Below are positions 13,106 to 23,304 of a DNA stretch of 64,000 nucleotides, piece by piece. The notes beneath the pieces are model-generated. The model was not told the DNA's origin, did no database searches, and worked only from the letters and a program-made list of their open reading frames with translations. This stretch comes from Takakia lepidozioides (lineage: Eukaryota > Plantae > Bryophyta). Position 1 is the stretch's first letter. Each line of letters opens with the position of its first letter. The stretch covers positions 55,428,001-55,492,000 of the forward strand of contig CM060734.1 of the NCBI GenBank assembly GCA_030704615.1, written 5' to 3'. A program made the position numbers and the translations under genes.

Positions 13106-14618
13106 ATGCACAGAAAAGAGTCTGCCAAAACTAGATTCATGGCTTGCATGGTGGCACTACAGATATCGAATGTGGGGCCAATGGATGAGAGAGGACATGG
13201 ATGTGGAGGCAGATGCAGATATGCCTACCACTAATTTGTCTGAGGCAGTCCATTCTGCTTGGTGGAAGACAGCAGGCAATGGGAAAAAAATGAAGGTGGA
13301 TCTATATGAGGCCACCATGCATGACATGTCACGAGCTCTTTTGCAGCAGGCAACATTTTACAGGCACACCACAGGAAAGACATGGGGGACGGGGCTCGAC
13401 AAAGAGGAGCTCATGTTGCGTCAAGCAGCTAGATCTAATAGCCCAGCAAAAATGGGTAAGGTTGTACGTGGCATAGTAGCTGGAACACCCATGCACACAA
13501 GGGGGGTTCAATTGGAGGGAGACAATCGCACTATTCCAGTCAAACGCAAGTTAGGCGATGAGCATGGTGGGCCAAACGAATCTTGGAGGTGTGATATGAA
13601 TGTAAAGACTGTTCCAGTGCGCGCCACTGGGATGCCCAGTCCACCAGCCATCTAGGTTCGTCAGCTCCAAATCAAGTCATGACATTCCTAGTTCTTCGAC
13701 TTTCTGTGAGACAAATCCACATGTTGCTATCCCTCCTCAGCCAATGCAATGGGGAAATCCAGTGAGAGAGACACAAGACTTTTCCGATGCATTGTTCAGG
13801 ATTCAGCGGACAGGTCCTGCTTCCATGGTTCGTTGTTCTACCTTGGTTGGAGTTTCTAAAGATAAATGCAAAGCGCTCATCAGGAAAGGTAAAGGAAGTC
13901 CTGCACCTTGCTTCACTGGCAAGTTACTAGCACCGAACATGAAAGAACCAAAACTGCAAGTTTTTTGGTTTTGCCCCACAGATGTTTTGTCGTGTGTTGG
14001 AGGGACCGTGCCATCCTATTGCTTGGGAAAACCGGGTATACCTAACGTGTGGCCTGTGAAGGTTGGAACCAACCTTACACAAGAAGAGGTTGACAACTTG
14101 ACCCTTGCAGGTTTTCGACTAGTCCATCCTCCCAACGTTCCTGATCCGAACTTTCCTGTGGGACCACTTCCAGTGGAACAACATATGCATCAAGGTGTTG
14201 TCCTTCCTGTGGGTAAGTATCCCACTACACGCTATGGGGTGCGCATTCGGCGTCGGATCCGACTCCTCGACACTTGAGTCGCCAAGAGTCAGCGGAGACT
14301 CTTATTGCTGAGGTTCGTGGATTCAGAAACGTGCCTCAGCCAGGTTATGGGAGAATTTACCAGCTACAAACAGAGGGATCTACCAGAGCAGGATTGGTTT
14401 ACAATGTATACATTGGTCAGTTTCCATCTTGGTATTGTCCCGACTTTGATGAGCTATCTGTCAAGAAGAAAAAACAAACATATCTACCTTGTAAGCACAT
14501 GTACTTCATGTACAACGTGCATCTAGGATGCGCCGGGGCTTATGAGATCCACCAACCTTCCCTTAGCCAGTTAGAGGTTAGGGCTATGCTAAAGAAGGAC
14601 CCTAGTTCAACTTCTTAG
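13106..14618 (+). pseudogene. C-terminal part of a putative DDE transposase (MULE/Zisupton-like) with a Cys-rich domain and a SWIM zinc finger
   Basis: WLAWW...MPTTNLSEAVHSAW resembles the TNNxxE third-catalytic-residue motif. Cys-rich block C..C..FWFC..C. SWIM-like YNVYIGQFPS(W)YCPDF...LPCKHMYFMY. Broken into ORFs 13068-13655, 13744-14277 and 14274-14618. Confidence 0.65.
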
Positions 14619-15617
14619 TGACACATGAAATGCACAAAAAAAGAACCTCTAACTTGTGCCGTTCATTTTCATGCATGTGACATGTAATTATCTTGTTACT
14701 ACTTTATTCCAAACATGACACATAGCATTTGTTAGTACAAAAGTTCCTATTTTGGTTAAAATGGAACTTGTGTACCTGTCATACAAGTTTTCAAAATTAT
14801 AGAACTGCTTGGCATTACAAACAGACATGCAATGTGGTGGTTCCAAACATGACACATATGCATTTGTTAGTACAAAAGTCCATATTTTGGTTAATATGAA
14901 ACTGTTTTCCTTGAATACAAGTTTGCAAACTATTACTTTGGCCAGGGATCTTGTATTCTCTTCAGTTTAAGGTAGTGCATTAGTTGGAGTTAGTGGTCAC
15001 ATGCATCTTTGACCATTGACTACTGATTTTGTTAGCTAAGATTTTTATTTTATTTTTTTCTATATACATATGATGTAACATTTGCATATGCAATAAATAC
15101 GTCGTATTCTATGTTATATAACTCCACTGCATACAATCTACAATGTGTGCATACAAATTTGTCACATGCATATATAATAAGGGATTTTGTGCATGCATGC
15201 ACGCAACCTGTGCATATGGAATAGCAACCCCCAATACTCTCGACATAGACAAGAAACAGTGAATGCTTGCGACGTTCATCACAATGGAGTCAATCTGAAT
15301 AATCTGCACTTACTGTCCGCCCTAAACTATACTGAGTGTCGTTGCCGCCAATCACTTACACATATATGTCATTGCACAACACCGATCCGGCAGGTCCCAC
15401 TCTTTTGTGATTGTCGTTACGCCGTTCACTCTTGCTCAAAACCTTTCTGTTCCTGTGTCCCTAGAATCATAGTGTTTTGTTTTGAATTCGGCAGGATCAG
15501 CTTTGCTTGTGTAGATGGTTCTGAATTTGTTTCACACCATTCATTGTGAGTTGAGACGAGACAGAGTGATGGTCGTTACCGCCGTTCACTATTTGCACAT
15601 TACTCAGTCAGATTTGA

Positions 15618-18600
15618 ATGGCATCGTGCAGAAAACTGTGAGGTCCAAGCCTACATGATGAGAGGGGAAAGGATCTGGAGATGGGGACGAGTCTAGAAAA
15701 AGTTAAGAGAATAACGATGAAGCAGATGAATCTGAAGTGCACTACCTTGACAAGGTGAAAGAACTCATGTCATTCCAGAAGGTAAACTCTCAGGAGGTTA
15801 TAAGGGACATGCTCGTATCTGGAGGGCGTCTGGACATCCCTCTATGCCGGATGATATCTATGTCTGTTGTGCGTCCACCTCTTTCCCATGACATAACAAA
15901 ATTGGAGAGTGATTTCGTGCATGGATACAGACTTGGTGCACAAGTTTTTTATGTGTCACTGACGGATACAAATGGGAAAAGCACATTAGTGTCTCCAGAG
16001 ATCAGTGATACCTGGGATGAGTGCTGGAAAGATGCTAATGAGGAGTTCGAGCTGGGCCTCATGATGGGAAAGAACACCCAACAATTATGCAACCACATGT
16101 TCTACGTCTGGGACGACAACCACCGATTGTTGGCATGGATGGGATACATTCAGAAACATCATGCGAAAGACAAAAACAAGAATGTTGTTGTGGAGGCAAT
16201 GGTTTTGGATCCTGGAAACGACATCGCTAGGCTTCTTACAGCTATGCACAACGTGAACAAGTAAGTCATCCTAGAGACTTTCATTCCCTCTGTAGTGTGT
16301 GTTAATCCCAAAAAAACAGTGTTAATGAATGCAATGTTTCCAATGTTTTTGCAGATGACAGAGAGAAAAGCGCATTGTGACAACAAGCTTGGTCCACAAC
16401 TATTCCGAATTCAAAGGATTGGTCTGATGAAGCTGGATGATTTTCGGACAGTACTCAACCCCAATATAATCAAGAAGTGCGAAACAGGAAAGAGCTGCAG
16501 GCACTTGGTATTCTTTGACTCGAGAGGCGTTTCTGGAGTACATGTTTGCTGTAAACCCGAGTCTGTACTCAATTTACTTTTCGAATACATGTTTGCAGTT
16601 CCTTCGGTGCTAATCATTATTTGAATCAATGCAGCAAGAACTGGCAGAGGCAGCTGAGAAGGGAAAATCCGAATATTACCGCACTACACCAGAGGAACTA
16701 AGGACATCAAAGGGTGTGGAAGCAGCAATAAAGAATGAGTCTCAAATGCGAAAAACCAAATTGATGTCCGCCTTTGGAAAGCAGCTTAGAATAGTAGATC
16801 CTGGACTTGGTTCTGAGTTCCTTCAGCAGATCAAATCTCACTATGACAAGCATGTGCATCCGGAGATGCAGCAGGAGAAATTGCACTGGCTGGCCATATC
16901 CATGGTCGACCCACAAACAAAATAAGGTGGTGGAGATATGGAACTCAGATCAGACAATAAAGGACTTGAATCAGTTCCCAAAGAGCACCATACAGCCTGG
17001 CACAAAGGTGGAAGGAATCAGTGATTTGGTGTTTGATAACTGGCTCCCACAGGCTACATTTTGGAGTCAGGTGTGTATTCAAATAAGCCGTTTTCTTCGA
17101 TTCAATTATGTGATGAGTATCTTATTTGCAATACTGACAAATATACAATTTGCAGGCGGAAAAACGCGCCATCATTGTGCTGGATCAGACTTTGAAGGAC
17201 TTGAACATTTCGATTGTTTCCCCTCCCCAAATATCATTGGAGGCATACATAAGGAAGTGGAGAGGTCTTACCTAGAGATACTGTTTTTCCGGGAGTTCTC
17301 CAAAGATGGTAACATTTTACGGTCCAACGACTTTGACAGTCAGGTTGGAGGAGAGTGGGCCATGATGCGACTTTGTCTGAGTCATTCTTAAGCGAGAATT
17401 TGAATTCATCTGGATTAGGAGCTTAGGGTGTATTTATAGTGTCCCCTGATTAGAATTGATAATGTCCCTGAATGGCGTTGACGACATTCACATCCAGAGT
17501 TGTTAAGAGGTCCTCAGAGATATCTAAGTTTTTGTAATGTCCATAGAGTTTACAGTCAGGGTTCCTCACTCCAGTTTGCTAAATGTCAATGCAGACATTC
17601 AGTTGTTCTGCAATGTTTTTGCCTCTTGTGAAAAATCTTGAGGCTTGATTAGTTGTGTTATCAGAGATCCAAAGTGAATGTCGTTGACGACATTCACTTC
17701 TATGTCTGTGTCATTCACCAGTGACAATTTGAATTTACATGGATTAGGAACTTAGGGTGTATTTATTGGTTCCTTGTTCGGAATATTGTGAATGGCGTTG
17801 ATGCCATTCACATCCAGTGTTATTATGAGGTCCTCAGTGTTATGTACGTTTTGAATGTCCATTGAGTTTTTAGGGAGGGTTCCTTACTCGAGTTTCTGAA
17901 TGTCGTTGCCGACATTCAGTTTCCATCCAATGATTTGCCTCTTTTGAGAATCATCATTAGGCTTGATTAGCAGTGTATTCACAAATCCAAAGTAAATGAC
18001 GTTGACGACATTCACTTCTATGTCTGTGTCATTCCAAAGCGAGAGTTTGCATTCACGTGGATTAGGGTGTATTTGCAGTATCATTGAATGGCATTGACGA
18101 CATTCACATCCAGAGCTGTCGCGTGGTCCTGAGAGCTCCTCCGAGCAGTTCTCAGAGCCATTTCATTCCTTGTTTTTTTTCATTCTATGCTACTTGCATC
18201 TTACTCACTTCGCGCTTTGGTGGGTTGGGATTTATCTCCTGTTTAACACGGACACGAAATATGTGCTTATGGAAGGAAATCACCTGAGCTGTATTCCAGA
18301 CTATCTTGATATGTGGTCGGACCCAGCAAACGATCCAACCATGTATACTGCAGGGATATTGAAGGACTGGAGTCCTTCTCACTTCAGAGATTGTGGCTGG
18401 TACCTTGACTGCCCACCGGAGCACACGACCTTTCAAGACCAACACATGAAATATTTGAACAATATTGCGGAGATGCTGGCGCCTCTGACTGACGAGCAGT
18501 ACCAAAGAAACATAACAACTTTGGCTGCCAAGGAGCCTGATGCTCAGGGAAACGCCGCAGAAGGGAAAGAAGCGGGCCGCAAACCAAAAGACAAGGCTCC

Positions 18601-20476
18601 TGATGTCATAGCCATCTCACCAGCAAAGCCAAAGGACAAAGACAAGTCCAAAGAGAAGGAGAAGGAAAAGGACAAGGGGAAGGAGAAAGAAAAGGAGATG
18701 GAGAAGGAAAAGGAGAGTGGGCATGACTTCACTACTGGAAGATATACCCGCACAGTTCAGTGCGTGTTCGATGCCAAGCCACACCCTTCCCGTTCTGATT
18801 CGGCAGGAGAGATTAAAATTGTCAATGAGGGTTGGCTGACGATGATGCAGAGTCGAAAGAGAGGATACACTGGGGTGCCTTCGCCTACCTGGGACAACAT
18901 AATCTCATTCCTCAATCTGGTGATAATTCCAGTTTCTTTCCTTTTTCTCTGAAAGTTTCATTGGCAGTATTTCAGTCTGGTTCTTTGAATTCATTCTTGC
19001 CATCGTTCTTAAAATAAACATGTTTGTTGCAGGTGAGCACTGGTCCCACCTTCGTGTGCGGTGTGTGCAGAAAACATATGCGGCTGACATTGACATTGTC
19101 ATTCTCGACATCCGGATGGCTAGGCTGTGCCAGAAGAAGTTCTTCCAAAGGGCAAGACACCAGGCTGGGAACCAATTCGAGGACAACTACTGGAGTTGGG
19201 TGTTCGGGTTCTGTAATAATTTCCTCTCTGATGCAGGGACACTTCTGCTTTTTCAGTCATGTGACAAAGATAGTCGTCGGGCATTGGCATCATACCTGAA
19301 GTCTTCAAGGGTTTGAAGTTTTGCGCACATGAAATTGTGTGAACAGCCTCTACCTTGTGAAATGGGGTTTCCCTGGTCAGCTGGTATGCCGTCTCCCTTC
19401 TTCTTGTTCTTTCATGATGAGTTTCAATGTGTTCTCTGCAGCTCCACTCTAGAAGAATCTGTCATGATCGACACCGATCATCACCGATTCGTGATAAAAA
19501 TGATTGTTTTATGCGTGAGTTCTGAATAGCCGATGTACACACTTCCACTATAGATTGTGTTTACCACACTAACCTGCTATCTTTGGCAGACGAGGATGTT
19601 CGAGGCGATCTGCCTGCGGAGGATTCGCACCTCAAAGACACCATCCTCCATCCGCAGCTTTGAGATTTCTGACCAGGGTTGTTTCGTCAACCCCCCCTAT
19701 GAGCCGCATGTCGATGACATTTTGTACAACTTCATGCAGTCCAGTCAGACTCTGAAGAGACCAGGATGGCACTCCCTGGACAGTTGCAAAGAAAAATCCC
19801 AGCGTTCATGCAAATACTGCTGGAGTCATGCAACCACCACTCTACACGGGTGGTCGATCTTTCTGTGTCCACATGTTCGTTTTCTCCCTTCCGAATTGAT
19901 TTTCTTTCACCAGCTCCATCTGCTTTAAATCCCCCCACCAAACTGTTCATGTCCTCCTGTGTGGTGCAGGAGCAACTTACCATGCATGCAAGGCAGGCGG
20001 AATAAGCCTTTTGGCATGGAGGGTGATTCTGACCTCAACAACACAGTGTTCCTCCCCCTTTTGTCTGGCTCCACTTCAGGCACACAGATTCAAATTCGAA
20101 ATGATGACGATCACGAAGATAAGCAGGTCGACAACGACTTTTCATGTGAGTAAGTGCTAAACCCACTTTGGGAGCCATACTCAATTTCTCAATAACATCA
20201 AAGTTACAGTAATAACTTTTTCAGGCTGTCTTTCAGGAAAGGCAGCGGTGGATCTTCAGGAGATACAGTCATTTGTGGCGAGTTTGTTTTCGACAGCCCC
20301 CTTTCCAATTTTCTGCTTCCTGATTATGCCGAAGCAATGACACTTCACGCGGCCAAGTCCCTATCCCCTGACTTTTTACTGCCCGCCGTAGGTGTAGCCA
20401 GCGTAGATCCGGAGTTCTTAAATACTTAGACTTAGATGCAGAGGAAGCGGGGATGTACTGACTCTGAGTCAGACTG
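15618..20476 (+). pseudogene. Multi-exon gene: ParB/Srx-like N-terminal domain, KE-rich linker, beta-class N4C/N6A DNA methyltransferase (N6_N4_Mtase-like); decayed
   Basis: GT-AG introns at about 16261-16353, 16552-16634, 17071-17155, 19384-19589 and 19875-19969. FYVWD(D)NHRLLAW (16099-16138) matches the ParB DGxHR motif. IDIVILDI(P)DG...W..F.....FL...G.LLLF (19089-19250) is the motif IV-VI region. KEK(S)PAFMQILLES...VVDLSVST(G)ATYHACKA-RNKPFGMEGD (19788-20025) is the motif X/I/II region, placed after the catalytic region as in the beta permutation. Confidence 0.72.
17399..18115. repeat. ~330-bp degenerate tandem repeat (2+ copies) inside an intron of the ParB-MTase gene
   Basis: ggattagg...ttagggtgtattt...gaatggcgttgacgacattcacatccag recurs at about 17412, 17741 and 18059. 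Confidence 0.75.
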
Positions 20477-21200
20477 AACTATGTTCTTTTAATATTCTGT
20501 TTCATCCTCTTTGGAAAACGTTGAATCCCCTTCCTCCACCATAGTTGTTCCTTTGGAAAGAAAAATAATCAAGAATCAACTACCATTTAAATTGCATATA
20601 TATGAATCCATCTCACAAACCTCCCTCACTCTTGTCATATCCATTGTGCTTTCATCTACAGTGTATTCATACGTGCTCCATTCATGAATGTTTTCCTTTG
20701 TTCAACATCCATTGTACATTCATCCTCTGTACTCTTTAATCCACCCCACAAACCTACCACACTCATGTCATATACGTTGTGCATTTGTCTAAAGTTTAAG
20801 TCATGCATCTTCATGTCATGAATGTTTTCCATTGTTCAACATCCATTATACATTCATCCATTTGACTCTTATCCATCCCTCATTCATCCATCTACATTCA
20901 TTTTTCACACTCATCCATCTGTTTATCATCCAACTGTACATTCATCCATCCTTTATTCATCTGTTGCTTTCAGGTGGGAATGACCACTGCCTTTTATTAT
21001 GTCGTCCAGCTTGTTTCCACGGTAAAGGGTGCCAATCCGTGGGAATACACTCCACTTCTTCCTGGGCGCGTGGCGACGCGGCCTTCAAGTGTGATGACGT
21101 GGAGTGAGCCCCGTGATGTGGCATTGGCACAAAGTGACGTGGCATGAGCGCAGTTGCGCTCACGCGCTCACGTGACCAGGCTCACGCCGAGGCATCCCTG

Positions 21201-22524
21201 AAGGCGCAGGTCCATTCTTTTCTGCATCTATCAAGACCTACTCACTGAGGGGAGGAAAGCACGAGGCATATTGATTGCAGCTCTTTCCAAATGCTCCGAA
21301 CAACGAGGGAGGAAGCTCATCGATGCTTTTCATGAGTCTTGGGGTAAAAGTGGCGTTCTCGGAACTAGCTTTCCCAACATGCGGTTCCACTGGCAGGTCA
21401 CCACACCTGTTGCCTGGGATGTCCCCTGGTGAAGGCGAGGATGGAGACTCCAATTGGAGGCACAAGAAGGCGCGAGTTACCAAGTCTAGAACCCAACTGC
21501 GTTTTTAGATCTCATCTGCTGGATCTCTAGTCAAGCTTCAATCTTTACTCCATGTCTTGCTTTCTACTATTCAACCTATTCTCATTGCGTGATAGAACTC
21601 CTTTCCGATCACCTCCATGCTAGTTTTGCTAGCTCAGATCTCCCTTAGAACTCCATGCTGCATCTGCTCCCTTCTAGGACACCTGCTCTCTGCTACATCT
21701 GCTTTTGTTTCTTGATTTAGCTGGTACGCTTATGTTACGGGGAAGTTTTCCCCTCGGTGAGCCTTTACGGCCTCCCTAGGTGGTTATTTTTTCCACCTGT
21801 TTGGACACTTTTTATTTTAATTTGATTAAAAGGGCCTTGTTCCCCTTTCTCCGGAAAAAAAAAACAAAAAAAAAAACCCCGACTAGAATATAACAAGAAG
21901 TGCCCGCGAGGGGAAGAGGTTTTTATTAGCTAAGGGTGGCCTCAAAATATATGAGAAAACAATAGTATTAATGTAAGAACTTAATGCACGTGTGCAATCT
22001 GACTGTGCTCTCGTTGAATGCAGGCAACACATTGAGCTGCTTCTCCATGGGGGCCTTATCACATGATCCCGCCCCTTGACTCAGATTCATGGATGCAAGC
22101 TAGCATAATTGTGGATCTCTATAAATTGTAGCAAGTGTAATCCTGGGTTGGTGTAACCCTGGATAGTGTCACCCTATGTCTTGAGTAATTCCTCCTAGTC
22201 CACGTTATATTTAGTCAAATTTGGACACTATCAAAATTTGAGACCAAGTGTGAGTTATGCCGAGTAGAGTTACACTCCCCCGCCATGTAATTGGGTGCAA
22301 CCCCAAGTGGAATTAGTGTCACCATGTGTCTTTGTAACTCCTATTAGTCCATTTTATACTAAGCAAAATTTGGACTTCATCAGATTTTGAGATCAAGTGT
22401 GAGTTATGCCGAGTACAATTACACTCCCTTCCATGTAACCCAGTGTAACCCCGAATGGAGTTACATTCCATGACATGTAACCCCGAATGGAGTTAACCCG
22501 GTGTAACCTCAAGTGGAGTTAGTG
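21201..22524 (+). repeat. Copy 2 of the direct duplication (continues at 29021-29046 after the nested LTR element)
   Basis: Aligns by eye with 11771-13105 with scattered substitutions. Confidence 0.95.
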
Positions 22525-23250
22525 TGTCGCGGCCCTTTGCCTTGAGGGTAGGGGGTCGGGACACAAGAGGGGCTGCCCCTGTGGTGGGGGCAGTGGCAGC
22601 GATAGGTATGGGGGGCTGAAGCACCCTTGAGTGCCCAATGCACTCAAGGAGGCGGAGGCGCTCACTAGGTGGAGCCCCGCACACCGGGTTGCGGTGGGGG
22701 TGGCTCCACAAGGGGTGGTGGTAGCTTAGTGGGACTTAGTGGGGGTGGCATAGGACTCACCCTGGGGCGGAGACCTCGTGGTGGGAGTCGTGGGGAGTCT
22801 TGGGACTCATCACGGTCCATAGGGGCCGTGGTGGGTGGGCCAAGACTCACCGCGACTCATCACCGGGAGTCGAGGGTGTTCGTGGTGGTTCGCCATAAAA
22901 TGGCATGGTTGTTTGTGAAACCCCCGCGGACAGCTACAGAAGTATATATAGGGAGTAGTAACCCCGAGAACGGTGCACGCCCGTTGGTGACCAAAAACTA
23001 GTGAGTAAGCGAGCGAGCCGGAAAGCGACCAAAGAGTGGGGAACTGTTCCGGACTGCCAACTACCAAAGGGAATTCCGCTGGTTCCGAATCGTTGGAGGG
23101 TTCTTTGGGAGAACAAAGGGGAGACCGTTATGCCCCGGTGAGCAGCCGAAGCTCCGAGTTGGCCCGGCGGCCAGGTTGGGAGTTAGGCGCGCGCATCAGG
23201 CGAGTAACTATGACTTGAGGGGGGAGCTCACCGAAGTGAGGTGCGCGACA
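22525..23250 (+). repeat. 5' LTR (726 bp)
   Basis: Starts TGTCGCG and ends CGCGACA; 22686-23250 is nearly identical to 28450-29015. Confidence 0.95.
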
Positions 23251-23252
23251 CT

Positions 23253-23264
23253 TGGTATCAGAGC
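23253..23264 (+). other. Primer binding site complementary to the tRNA-iMet 3' end
   Basis: TGGTATCAGAGC, 2 nt after the 5' LTR. Confidence 0.93.
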
Positions 23265-23304
23265 TTAGAGTTCAGTACGCGATCGTCCTTGGGATTGGCA
23301 TCAT

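Larger units (their letters stand above)
13106..21200 (+). mobile_element. Left-truncated DNA transposon carrying a SWIM/MULE-like transposase and a ParB-like + beta-class DNA methyltransferase gene
   Basis: The right terminus ...ctcacgccgaggcatccctg (reverse complement CAGGGATGCCTCGGCGTGAG) recurs inverted at 33492. CATCC-rich subterminal repeats at 20600-20960. Two co-oriented internal genes. The left end abuts the duplicated segment with no TIR. Confidence 0.72.

Noticed and set aside
19685-19703. VNPPYE, an exact NPPY amino-methyltransferase motif IV look-alike inside the MTase region
   Set aside because: It lies in the variable segment between motifs VI-VIII and X/I. The strand-DIP site at about 19107 fits the beta-class order better, so this is probably coincidental unless conserved in intact copies.
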